Source: Lama guanicoe
Taxonomy: Eukaryota
DNA length: 64,000 nt
NCBI GenBank assembly: GCA_013239625.1
Contig: MU054117.1
Span: forward strand, 4,082,677-4,146,676
Direction of reading: 5' to 3'
The position numbers were made by a program, and so were the translations under genes. Positions 13,297-24,960 of the stretch are shown here, in pieces; position 1 is the first letter of the stretch; every line of letters begins with the position of its first letter. The notes beneath the pieces were generated by a model. The model searched no databases and was not told where the DNA came from. It saw only the letters and a list, made by a program, of their open reading frames with translations.

Positions 13297-13380
13297 GGGG
13301 AGGGTCTAGCTCAGTGGTAGGCTGCATGCTTCACATGCACGAGGTCCTAGGTTCAATCCCCAGTATCCCCTCCAAGAACT
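13297..13380 (+). mobile_element. tRNA-Ala-derived SINE (camelid Vic-type), short tail
   Basis: ggggagggtctagctcagtggtag...gcacgaggtcctaggttcaatccccagta, with A- and B-box-like motifs. Confidence 0.8.
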
Positions 13381-14366
13381 CTAACCCTCAACTTTCAACA
13401 TGGGGGCCATTAAAGCCCCACTGTGTTTAAGTCAGTTTAAGCCACTGATAGATCTGGAAAGCATACTCATAGTATTACTGGAAGATCTGATGGTCAAGGG
13501 CAAGGTCAGAGCCCCCTGGTGCTCTGGACAGACACGTGCTTCTAGACCAGCTAAAGAAACTGCTAGCCTTGCTCCCCGACCTGCCAAGGCACACTCGTGC
13601 CGCTCCCCGCAGTGCGTAGGGGTCGAAGCCTGTGTCCTTGGATAGATGTGAGCTTTAGTTCAAGATCTGTCCCTGGAAACCACTGTCATCTTTCTAAGTT
13701 GAAGTTCCTTTTTATGTAGAATGAGCAGTATCCGCAAGACGATTTCTGTACGTCTCACCTCCCAGTGCCCCTCGGTTTAACGTGAAGGTGTGGGCTGACT
13801 TCACGCACCCTGCTGGAGTAGGTTTAGATGCTGCCAGAAAAGGCCTCCAGCTGGTCCAGACCCTGTGTCCAGTGGATCTGCAGACCGACGTCCAGCACGC
13901 GGACAGACAGCCTGGCACGCCAGCAGTGCCCCCGGGGCAGGGCAGGGGGTAGCAAATCCGCCTGCACATGACTGAAGTCCAAGAGTTAGACTCTCTAAAG
14001 CCCCAAGATGCAAAAATGCCAGAAACCTCTTGGCTATATAAATCAATATCTATGAATAAATGGATCATCTGTTCTTGGATTTGACCCTGATCTTGAGCCT
14101 TTCTGGTTGGCTAGAGTTAAACCCTAAAGTTACCGCTCCTGGGACCAGAACACCCTTCTATTTAAATCACATATGGGGAAGGCTGTTTAACTCAGTCATC
14201 GGGGTTGGGAAGACCAAACCGGTTCCTCCCTTGTGTGGTCTCAGACTGAGTCTGAGCATATGCAGCCACCCCACAAACACCTGCCTTTGGGCACCGAGGT
14301 GTCCCCGCTGGGGAGGCGTGAAGACACGCCCAGGGCCCTCGCGGCTGCAAACACAGCCGGGCACTT

Positions 14367-14386
14367 CGGCGGCGGCGGCGGCGGCG
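14367..14386. repeat. (CGG)6 trinucleotide repeat
   Basis: cggcggcggcggcggcggcg. Confidence 0.9.
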
Positions 14387-14899
14387 CCGGCAGCTTCTAC
14401 ATCAGACACTCTTGGGGCCGACAGTTCGAGCAAGCCCCCCACTGGCCCTTCAATACATTGCTCCAGGTTTTGGCTTCTGTTGTGTCACTGTTCTTTTTTT
14501 TAAATATATGAGATCTGATCTTTGATCAAGTCCTTTGGGGGGACTATCCCGTAACCAAGGTACAAAAAGGTTAAAGCATTTATTCTCCTCTGCTCGTCTT
14601 CTTTTTATGTGCCCAGCTCGGGAGTGTTTTCTGTTTCTTGGCTTCAATGACCCCCTGGGCTGACGGACTGCAGTCATGACCCTAACCTGGTCGCCTCAGG
14701 AATTCCTGCTCCTCTCTCTGCGACTTAGGTGGAAACTGCCCCTTAGGTTTCCTACCATCATTTCAAATGCAATGTAATTAAACTCAAATTCACTATATGT
14801 GCTGTAAAATCAGATTCTATTCGCATTTTCTCGGAACTGTCAACGGACCCATGATTTCTCAGTTCTCTGACTTTGGTCCAAACTTGGGAGATATCACTG

Positions 14900-15692
14900 A
14901 CTCAGACTCTCTCTTACATCTCTTGTCCCTGGCTCCGTAACATATTCTATTAAACAGCTCATCTCTCTGTCTCTTAACTCCTTCCACCACTCTCCTACCA
15001 TGGTTTGCAGGTGAAGGATGTAGCATCCCAGCTGCTCCCCTTTAGTTCTCCCAATTCTAGTCCACTTTCCTCTCTGAGACCAGATTAATTTTCCTAAGCC
15101 TACACTTTCTCCTCTAATTCCCTGGCCCTAAAAAGGTCAGTTTCTTCCTATTGCATCACATTAAAATTCCTGTAAGATTGCAAGACTTCCCATTAGCTAC
15201 TTCATCCTACCTGTCAAGTTCAACACTGCTCTAGCTTACACGACTCCAGGAGTTTCTCTAATCTTCTATTTCCTTTGTCATCTATTATTCTCTGTCATTA
15301 TCTCCCCAGCACTCCCCTTGCGGACCACGTCGTCCAGCTCCTGAGGGTTTACCTAACGTCCCCAAGTCATCCCCATGTCCACGACCTGGCCCACGCCGAC
15401 ACCCCTTCCAGGACATGTTCTCTTTCTGTCCCTCAACTCCTCAGGGCCCCTCCAAGGAGCCTCCCCTTTCCATCCAGCCCCACTGAGCTCCCTCTCCTCT
15501 GAACACTCACAGTGCTCACGGTCCACACTAGACACAATCGCTGAGTAACCTGCAATGTCTTACCTGCGCTGCCTGTTTCCTTCCCAGCCCAGCCCCAAAC
15601 CAGCCTCTCTTTGACGGTAAGGATGGGTCTACATACTTTTTTGTCTTCTCCCTAGTTGTCCAGTAAAAGGCGCTCAGTATTTGTTGATTCAT
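14900..15692 (+). mobile_element. L2 LINE relic
   Basis: Pyrimidine-rich, ending aaggcgctcagtatttgttgattcat. Confidence 0.55.
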
Positions 15693-15832
15693 CAAAATTG
15701 ACTGATAGTGATTTGGGGGGGTGGGTAGGAGACAGAGAGGAAGGAGAATGATTAAATTCTAGGTCATCCAGATAATTACTTGGATTGATCACTTCTGGTC
15801 CTCCACTGCCCTCCTGCTCCCGACCACTTTAC

Positions 15833-16014
15833 CTGCAGAACTGAACCTCCTGGTCAAACTGCGAGTTCTCAGGCTGCGTGCCCTCCTTCAGCTGGCTGAC
15901 GTTGAAAAAGGAGAGGGTGTGGTTGACAAAGCCGTGCAGGGTCCCGTTGTGACTGTAGGAGTACTGGTACACCAGGCGGGGGATGAAGTCGGAGGTGACG
16001 GCGATGACAAAGGC
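15833..16014 (-). CDS. ANO2: ANO2 coding exon H (end of TM9, TM9-10 extracellular loop)
   Basis: [60 protein letters not shown](R). Acceptor ttctgcccccag, donor AG|gtaaag. 182 nt, phase 0->2. Sequons NGT, NHT and NVS. Confidence 0.97.
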
Positions 16015-17110
16015 CTGGGGGCAGAACCGCAAGCACCCGAGGAATGGTCAGGGTGGGTGCTCCTGGGGGGCACAGCTGCGTCCGGCTAAGAGGCTGTCCC
16101 CACCCACCTGGGCTCCCCCCCGCAGAGACGCTGCTCTGACTGACACAGAGTCCTCTCCCCTGAGCTCATGCAGCTCACTTCCCTGGCTCTCCCATCCTGG
16201 ACATGCCTAAGGAAACCCACAAGGCAGCGGCCATCACGAGAGCAAATTGCAACCACCGTAGCAAAGGACGCTCAGTCAGTTTGGACCATGGGGTGCGGGA
16301 GGTGTAAATCACCTCTGAGGTGTTTGAATGGACGCTGGCATCAGCCACGCCAAAGCGGAGTGGAAGATTTTCTGAGAAAATGACCGACAGTGATGAGCGT
16401 GCCCCGTACGTGTGACAGGCAAGGACACTGAACGACCAAGGTCATCTAGTCCTGAGTGACCCCAGAAGGCCAGGAGTACCAAGGCTGTGGTCCCACAGTC
16501 AACCCCAATCTGCCACCATCTCTCAGCCCTCGTGAGCACATATGCAACGAAATCGTCCTCTTGTCCATTTTTCTTAGAAGAAGTGAGACACGGAGAGGGA
16601 AGGGGGGGTCCTGCCGGATGGAACCACACAACCCCGACGTAGTGCCCGGCACACCTAAGTGCTCTGTAAGTGTCCATGGCGCGAACCAAATGACACATGA
16701 ATGATGGCCTGTTTGAATGTGGGGGGACCTCCTGCCAAGAAAATCTTAAATCTTTTTGGCAGGTGTCTACACTGTCCTCCGCACCGACAATTAAAGCCCT
16801 TTAAACAATGAAGTTTTGGTAGTTTTCTTCATGTGTACTTGAGTGTCCATGGCTGTCACCACTTCTGAGAATGGGGCGCTTACTTATAACCACAGCTGCA
16901 ACCCCCTTAGGACTTGCCACGTGTCCTTCCGTCATCCAGCTTAACTTCCAGAATGATCCTGTTTGGTGAGGACTAGCAACTCCCTCCCATTTTTACAGAG
17001 CAGTAAAGAAGTCCTAGGCCAGGGAAGGTAAACGTCCTGTCATTGTGTTGTCAAGAGGAAAAGGGCTTGGTACTCAGGGCCTCTTTTCTAGAAGATTCCA
17101 AAGTAGCTAC

Positions 17111-17227
17111 GGGGAGGGAGGGTAGAGCCCAGTGGTAGAGCGCGTGCTTAGCATACACAAGGTCCTGGGTTCAGTCCCCAGTGCCTCCTCTAAGAATAAA
17201 TAAATAAATAAACCTAAGGAAAAAGAG
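17111..17227 (+). mobile_element. tRNA-Ala-derived SINE (camelid Vic-type)
   Basis: cagtggtagagcgcgtgcttagcatacacaaggtcctgggttcagtccccagt plus (aaat)n. TSD aagtagc(t/c)ac at 17101 and 17228. Confidence 0.85.
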
Positions 17228-18074
17228 AAGTAGCCACAGATCCGTGTTCCAAACGGCACCCGGCTTCTCAGCCCTGAGGTGCGTGCTTCCTGCGTCAAAC
17301 GCTCCAAACGGGACAGGCTGACCCCCTCTGCCTGTCCTCACGCCCCTGCCACCTGGCGTGTTCCGAGCAGGGAGCCACGGCCGGCGTCAGCGCTTCTCTC
17401 GCAGTGGGAAAAGGGCTCTGGCTCTCTTGATGTGCGACGAGGGGGCTGAGACTTTCTTGGGAGGTGGAAGAGGGGGCCCCGCCGGGCCACGGAATGCAGA
17501 TGCCAAAGGAGCTGCTGGCTCGGGCCCAGCAAGAGGTCCTCGGAAAAGTGGTCCCACCCAGCAAGGCAGCGGAGGAGGGCGGAGCAGGCAGGACCCCGCT
17601 CTTCCAGGTCCTATCTGAACCTGCACAGTCCCCGGGGATAATTCGGACTTCACGCTGACAACTCGGAGGGGCTGTAATTAGGAGCTGCAGCCTGGCCCGG
17701 GCTCCAGGTGCGGTGTGTCCGGAGCAGAAGAAGAAAGGAGAGAGATGGACAGGTATGTGGAATTCCTTCCTCATTATCCTTGGCTCCAAGGAAAGATCTG
17801 ATGTGGACTCTTACGGCCGAGGCATGCATTCTGGCGGGTAACTACCTTTCTTTCTCTCAGTGACATGAACGGCAAGGCTGCACAGTCTGGCGACAGTGTG
17901 GCGAGTTTGAAGACAGGTACGCACTACTACTGGGGGGTGGGGGCGGCTGCCTTAGCCAGAGCTCCAGATGGAAGGGTCTGGGGGGTTACAGGACTGCCTT
18001 CCTGCTCTGAAGACCTCAGCTCCTCTGGAAAGCCCTTTCCACAGAGCAAGGGTGTCACGAGTGCAAACACTTAC

Positions 18075-18127
18075 ATTGCTGATAACAGAGAACTTGCCGA
18101 TTCCGGACAGGATGTCAAACCAAATCC
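18075..18127 (-). CDS. ANO2: ANO2 coding exon G (start of TM9)
   Basis: (G)IWFDILSGIGKFSVISN. Acceptor ttctgtctcacag, donor AAT|gtaagt. 53 nt, phase 1->0. Confidence 0.96.
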
Positions 18128-18498
18128 CTGTGAGACAGAAAAGAAGGGCGTCTGGCTCGCTTCAGCCCTCGGCCCAGTGATGACAAGGCCGCGGCTCAGA
18201 GCGACGCTCTGCAGGCGAGTTACCAGCGCGGCCCCGCCGGGCGCCCCAGGATGGGCTTGTCTGGACGGGCCCAGGTGCCCCGCTGCCTGGAAACCCGGGG
18301 GCAAGTGGGGGTGCAGAACGTGGCCTCCAAAGGCCTCCGTGCACCTGAGGATGCGAGGGTGAGGGGGTGACGAGGCAAAGGAACTCCCCAGCCCTCTTGA
18401 TTCCTGCCAGAAGGTGGGGTGGGCGGGTTAGGGGACGGGGGGAGGGTCGGAGGGAGGGCTGGGGATGGGCTGCGGTGGCCTCGGAGCAGGGCACGTAC

Positions 18499-18651
18499 CG
18501 ATGTCTTTGGTTCTCACGGCATCTGGCCGCCTCAGCTCCGTGACGAACTTCTTGGCATCGAGCCGCACTTCGATGACGTTGTTGAGGAGGGCAAACACGG
18601 GCGCCAGAGGGAAGGAGGCCACAAAGAGGGTGACAAAGCCAAACTGGATGA
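18499..18651 (-). CDS. ANO2: ANO2 coding exon F (TM7-TM8)
   Basis: (I)[50 protein letters not shown](G). Acceptor (ct)n-cag, donor ATCG|gtacgt. 153 nt, phase 1->1. Confidence 0.97.
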
Positions 18652-18653
18652 CT

Positions 18654-18672
18654 GAGAGAGAGAGAGAGAGAG
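18654..18672. repeat. (GA)n/(CT)n microsatellite forming the exon F polypyrimidine tract
   Basis: gagagagagagagagagag directly adjoins the acceptor. Confidence 0.9.
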
Positions 18673-18855
18673 CAGGCTTTAGACACCCCGCGCCCTGCGG
18701 CTCTGGCGCCCGTCTTTTCTGCCCAGGGTCCCTCTGTGTGTCCTCACGGGAGGGCACAGCTCCGCGTGGGCGAGGAGCGGCGAGAAAAGGCCAAGCCTTG
18801 CCTCTTTCCACCCCTTCACCTTTTATCTCCAGGCACCAGTCCCGGCCCCTGAACT

Positions 18856-19544
18856 CAGAGGTCGACAAACTTCTTCGGCCAAGGTCCAGAGAGTAAAATT
18901 TTTTTTAATTGAACTTTCATTGATTTATCATATGGTGTTAGTTTCAAGTGTACAGCAATGCGACTCAGTGATTCATGTACATGTATTTGTTCACATGTAT
19001 ACACTTTTTCGGATTCTTTTCAAGTAATTATAAGATATTGAATATAGCTCCCTGTGCTGTACAGCAGGTCCTTGCTGTTTATCTATTTTATGTACAACAG
19101 TTTGTGTCTTTTGATCCCAAATCCCTAATTAATCACTCTCCTGCCCCTTTGCCCTTAGGTAACCGTAAGTTTGTTTTCTGTGTCTGTGAGTCTGTTTCTG
19201 TTCTGTAAATAAGTTAATTTGTATTATTTTTTGTATTATTTTTCGATTTCACATATAAGTGATGTCATATATCTGTCTTTCTCTGACTGACTTCACCTAA
19301 TACCATGATCTCTAGGTCTGTCCATGCTGCTGCAAATAGCATGATTTCATTCTTCTTTCCGGCTGAGCAGAGAGTAACTATTTTTCTGTTTGCAGGCCAT
19401 ATGGTCTCGTCATGATGTAACTCGGCCACTGTAGAGTGAGAGCAGCTGTAGACAACGTGGACCAACAGCCTTGGTTGTTTTCCAGTAAAACTTTATTTAC
19501 AAAAGCAGTAAATAAAGTGGGCTGGATTCGCTGGCCAACCCCTG
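18856..19544 (-). mobile_element. MER58A-like hAT-Charlie DNA transposon, interrupted by L1
   Basis: Terminal inverted repeats cagaggtcgacaaac (18856) and gccaacccctg (19544). Internal gtaaataaagttttactggaa / gagaccatatggcctgcaaa match the recalled MER58A consensus. Confidence 0.75.
18897..19367 (-). mobile_element. L1 3' UTR fragment (sense to ANO2) nested in MER58A
   Basis: Minus strand reads tttgcagcagcatggacagacctagagatc...gaaactaacacc...caattaaaaaaaaa. TSD cagagagtaa at 18887-18896 and 19368-19377. Confidence 0.88.
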
Positions 19545-20240
19545 ACTGTCTCTTAAAAACCATCTTCCAAATGTGGCCTCTTCTTTCCCTACCTGCAGTC
19601 ACTGCCTTTATTTAGAAAGTGGACTCATTCATCACACCTTTATTGAGAGCGCACGGAATGTCAGGCCCTGTGCCAAGTATTTCAGGAGGCAAAGGTCTGG
19701 ACCTGCCTTCCAGGAGCGGGGAGTAAAAGCAGAAGGGAGAAATGTACAAAGATGCGCAGCGGGACGTCTGTGTGTCAGGAGAGAAGGAAGAATGTGCTGG
19801 AGAAGTGGGGGCCAGAAGGGGAGAGCTCGAGCCCACTCAGGGTGGGGACTAAGGGGCATCGCCGTGTGGACACCTGAGCTTAGCCCTGAAGGAGGGCCTG
19901 TCCTTCCAGGCTGAGAGCATCCCAAGCCCAGAAGGAGGGCGGGCAAAGGAGTGGAGGCGGCCGGTGCCCATCAGATGGCTGCAAGGAGTCCAGGCCCCCG
20001 CCCTTTCTACCTGGACCACTGCCACCACCTCCCACCTGGTCTCCTTGTCCCTGGTCTTCACACCCTTCTGCATCAGTTCAGCCCCAGCTCCCCAGTGATC
20101 TGACCCCGTCACCTATCTACTCATAAGCATTTCTGTGGGCTCCCCTCTTTACTGCATAGAATCCAGATTCCTGTATTGGGATACAGGTACTTGACAATCT
20201 GCTCCCAACCTGTCTCTCTAGTGGGAGTCCTGCCTCCCAA

Positions 20241-20742
20241 TGTAACAGGAAGAGCAAATGTGTCTCCATGTTAGATCTGTTCCTTTAGCTCTAACCCTGT
20301 GCTTGGCCAAGCTGCTTCTGCACCTTTTGTAGAAGAATGTCACCTGTAGCCTGAAATAGATAGGCTAGCCATTCTCAAGGCTCTGAGCTTTAAGGGTGTA
20401 ACATTTTCCCATTCACATAGACATAAAAAGCTGCGGAACAGAGAGTAACACTTGCCTTGTTGGAGGGTTACGGGGATGCCGTGACCTGACCTGGCTGGAC
20501 AGCTGCAAGAACAAAGGATTCTGACACCAAGAAGTTTTGCAACAACCAGTCACACTCCCTCCCCTTTTCAGTTATAAAAGGAGCCCGAATTCTAACTCAG
20601 ATAAGATGATTCTCCAGGACATTAGCCCCCACCTTCTTGGTCTGCTGGCTTTTCAAATAGTCGTTATTCCTTGCCCCAGCGTTTTGTCTCCTGATTTATT
20701 GGCTGCTGTGCGGCGAGCAGATCGAGTTTGGAGTCTGTAAGA
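20241..20742 (+). mobile_element. Solo LTR, ERV1-like, family X copy 1
   Basis: tgtaaca...gtaaga termini, 4-bp TSD ccaa, TATA ttataaaag near 20572. Homologous to 39548-40036. Confidence 0.85.
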
Positions 20743-23700
20743 CCAACAGCTCCACCTTCCAGCACTCTGGGCATCCCACCCTCCGGATTTCTCCCCAAAC
20801 ACATCAGCGTCCTCCAGTCGCTGGGGCATAAGCACCAATCTGCAGCCAGCCAGCAAACTTCTCTGCTGCCCAAGAACATTCAAATGCCATCCCCTTGATG
20901 AAAGCCATTATCCCCTCCTCCACCTCCCGCACCCTCCGTTACAGCCACCACTGCTGCTGCTGTGATCAGTCTACCCACGTGCCTTTATTTCCCCCGAGGA
21001 AGGCAGGGCTTCATCCAGCGTCGGGGCTCAGGACGTATGTGCTGATGCAAATTCAGTCCTGAGTCTCAGGAAAGCCAGTCTCTTAGGACTTCCCTGTTTA
21101 CTAAATTATTTACCTTCCCTGTGTCTTAGTTAACTTCAGTTGTAAGTTGTGGAAAATAATAATAGGCTGTCCTGAGGGTAAATGATACTGCACATATAAA
21201 GCGGTCAGAGAAACGTCACTTAATAATTGCTCCATAATGGCAGGCGTGCCGTGCACTGCTGCGCTTCCTGGAGTCCACAGCAGCGAGCACGGCGTCTGTC
21301 TGCAACGGACACAAATTTAAGGTGGGTGTGAACGCTGTATAAGAGTCAGGAGGCCCGACCTCCAGCCCTGGATATGTTTCTCAGCAGCCACAGTTCCCTG
21401 GGCAAGTCTCTCTGCGTCAGCGGGCTTCAGCATCCTTGTCAGACCGGGTTAAATTCCCTTCAGGTCTGATTTGCTGTGATGCTGTGGGTCTCATTCTCTG
21501 GGACAAGCTTCAAGATCCTAGGACATCCAAATAAAGAATGAAGAACCAGGCTCCAAACTTCAAATTAATTAATTAAAATAAAGTGTTCAAAGAGGATTAA
21601 GCCTAACCACAGTCGAAGTTTCAAGACAGAGAACATGCACAGAACCTTCCCGGCACAACTGCTTTTGCCTTGGCAGTTTGCTGGGGCCCCCAGGCATGGG
21701 CTCTGGTTCCTGCCGGCCCGGCGGTATCACGGCCGAGGGCCATGGCACCTGGTGGACTTCCCGCAGGCCCAAGGAGACCAGCCACTGCCAGTGGGTGACC
21801 AGACACACTGGAAGGCACAGCTCTGTCAAGATCAGGTCCTTGGAATGACTGCCTGGCTAGCTAGTTGGCCGAAGGGGAGAAGAAATCTTCAAACACAAGC
21901 TCTGGGAACGAGTTCAAAACGCAAGGTCTATTCCATCTTTTAAACAAGGCTTTGCTGCGGAATTCACTCAGAGTCAGGGGTGGGGCGAGGGCAAGCGGGG
22001 GGTGGGGAGGAATTAATGAGGAAAGCAAAACAGATGTCAGACTAGTTCTCTGAAACCTGCAAAATGCATGTCTGTATTTACATACAGACATGAACGTATC
22101 TTTATCGGTGGAGCTCTAAGTGGGTCTTCTTGAGTCCAGTGAGCCCAGGTCTACAGAGCAAATGTGCTAAGTGACTTCCCCCAGCAGAACGGCTTAAACT
22201 CTCCAAAGCCTCCATGAGAACTTTGCAAGGAGACTGACGGGGAGGAAAGGGGCAAGTGACCTCCGAGCGACCATACGTGCATCTGGAATGCCTCCCCCAC
22301 GCTCACGCGAACGGCACTGAGAAATCCAGCGTCCTGCCAGGATCACGGAAAAAGAGAACTTTCCACTTACTCCCCTTCCTTTCACATTAATTCCAGCGGC
22401 AGAGATGAACCCTCTCCTCTGGGGCTGCCTGGATGGTGTGCTGCTTCACCTTCGAAAACTCCAGACACAGGGTCCCTGGGTCCCTCTCTATGGACACAAA
22501 CAATGCCCAGTGGTGACTCAATGCTAATAGGGCCCAGAAAGCATCCCAACCCCTAACACTTCTCGTCCACGTCCCCTTGCCAGAGACGTCTGTGTGTCCG
22601 GCGCTGGACAGCCTTAGGAGAGTGGACTCAGCCAAGGCCAGTGACGGCACGCGCCCGTCCCTCCTCTGTTGTTACTCCAGGCTGCCCTGGCCTGAGAGAA
22701 GCCACTCTCTGAAGATGCGCCATTGCTGCAGGTGTTGCCTGCTTGGACTGGGTACGCGGCGTATTTCCAGGAATCAACTCAAAGAGGCCAAGACAAATAC
22801 GCAGCTTTGTTTCCTCTTGAGGAGAAGAAAACATAAAACCATAACCCTCTAGCAGACAAATGCCAAATCCAAGACTTGCTTGTTTTTTAAACATCAAAGG
22901 TCTAAGTGCTGTATCAGAGGGGCGTCCTCCTGGGGTCACTTCAGAGGACACAAAGATACCGGTCTTCACCAACACGAGACTGGCTTCTAAAAACAGCCTC
23001 CACGAGCTGAGAGCAGGGCCGGAAGCCCTCCGTGAGCCGCGTTAAAGCAGCTGGCCCCGCTTGCCCGGTAACAGATTCAACCTGGCCAAGCCACTTAGGG
23101 AGGAATTCACAAGCTGATTTTCAACTAAACCTTCACACGGCCTGCTGGAGAGCGCTCCGGAAAGTCCGAGCTGAAAGCAGGAAGACTGGAAACCCTCGCA
23201 GGACAAACCCCGCTGGCTTCTCTTCTCCATCCACAGCGGCCGGCCGGGCTCCTTTAAAAATATGTTAACTACCGACCCTGCGCTGCCCGGTGCTGGAGAC
23301 AATTAAAGCCTTGGCCTTGGTTACCTGGGCTTAGGTCAACACAGCAAGGAGGAGTGGATTGAACGAAACAAGATGGCATCCAGCAAGGGCAATTCCAGGA
23401 CAATCTGCTCAAAGAAGAAGATAGCATGTTTGGTACAGAGTGAACCGGCCAGGATGGGTGGAAAACCACTGGATGGAACATGGCTCTGATCTGTTATTCA
23501 TTTGTTTAAACTGCTTCAGTGACCACAGCAGCCTCCCCCCACGGTCACACACACGCAGACCCACACACCCTCACACACGATGCCGTTCAGATCCCTGGCG
23601 TGGCTTTCAGGGCCCTCTGCGATCTGCCCCTCGCTTATTTCTCCAGGTGCACACCCTCCTCGCCCACACTCTGTGCCTGCTTTTCAACCATTTCAAAACC

Positions 23701-24807
23701 ATTTGTACTCCCCCAAACTCATCACGTTTGCCGTATTTCTGAGCTTTCGTACATACCACGACAAACTGCCATTTTCCTTCTCTTCTGGTCCCCTGGATAA
23801 ATTACCATTTATATTTCAGGTTCAGCTCAAGCTTAACCTTCTCTCTGAAGACTCTCCCGGAACCCGCTCCCCACCCGCTACACCCCAGGGAAGCACTGGG
23901 AGCCGTGGGCACCTCTCCTCCTCCCTCCCTCCCACAATGCCTTGCACCTGTCGCTCTACTGGTTTATCTGACTTGCTCCCTGGTTCGTGAGCCCCCTTAG
24001 GCCACGGACATATCTGACGCTTTTCCGAGGCCCCACAATTTTGTGTGGAGCCTATCCCATAGCAAATGTTCAGAGGTTATCTTGTTTCACGAGCACAGAC
24101 TTACTGTCACCAGCCGTAAACACCAAACACACCCAGAAAAAGACAGGCGACTGAAATGTGGGGCTGGAAATCCCTGCGCTCAGTGTGAGGTGAGGCAGGA
24201 CATGCGGGGCTAAGACGTCCACAGCGCAGTTCTCAGGGCTGCCATCCGCACAGACGGCTCTGAAGACGGCTGGCTGTAAAACTGGTCAGTTAGGAGAGTC
24301 TCCTTCTAAAGAAAATCGTTACAGCTTTCATCCTCTCCCCCCTAACCTTTTTATCATTTAGTAAAAGCAAGCTAGTCTGCTTCAGGGGGTGAAAAGCCGG
24401 AGGTTTAAGAATCCTCCACATCGTGAACCACTAGAAGCAAGGCCAGGGGTTGAAGACACTGGCGTGGGTTTGTCTTTCACTCAGGAGGCGGTGACTGAGA
24501 GGATTCAGCCAGAAACAGCCCATTCATATCACTGAGGTGAAAACACAGCAAGGGAAGGTCAGCGCTATTTGTGTCATCAGCCCGTATCTCCAGGCTGTGC
24601 CCAGGGCTCCCCTTCTCCTAAGGACAGCGGAAGCCGGCTGTCCTCAGCACTGAGTGTCTGGTGTGAAAAAGAACTGCAAGTGTTGATGGACCACGTAAGC
24701 AGGAGACGACGAGAAGAAGGCATCTGTGACGGTTCCTCGGCATGGACCTCTGGTGCTTAGGAAAACAGTAGAAGTCTCGACAGGATAAGAAGGGTCTCAG
24801 TGCCCAT

Positions 24808-24960
24808 CATTCACCATTCATTCATTATCTCATTCATCCAACCAGCATTTACTGAGCACATTCTAGATACTGGGTACCATGCTTGTTGCTAGGAAACAAA
24901 GATGCAGGGATGACTGTGTCATCCTTCCAAGAGCTCACAGGATGCAGTGGAGAAGATGGA
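24808..24960 (-). mobile_element. L2 3' end relic
   Basis: cattcattcatt...cagcatttactgagcacattcta...ccttccaagagctcacag. Confidence 0.6.

Noticed and set aside
13297..17227. tRNA-Ala genes at 3306, 13297 and 17111
   Set aside because: Mutated stems, G-rich heads, A-rich tails or TSDs and no Pol III terminator show they are SINE copies.
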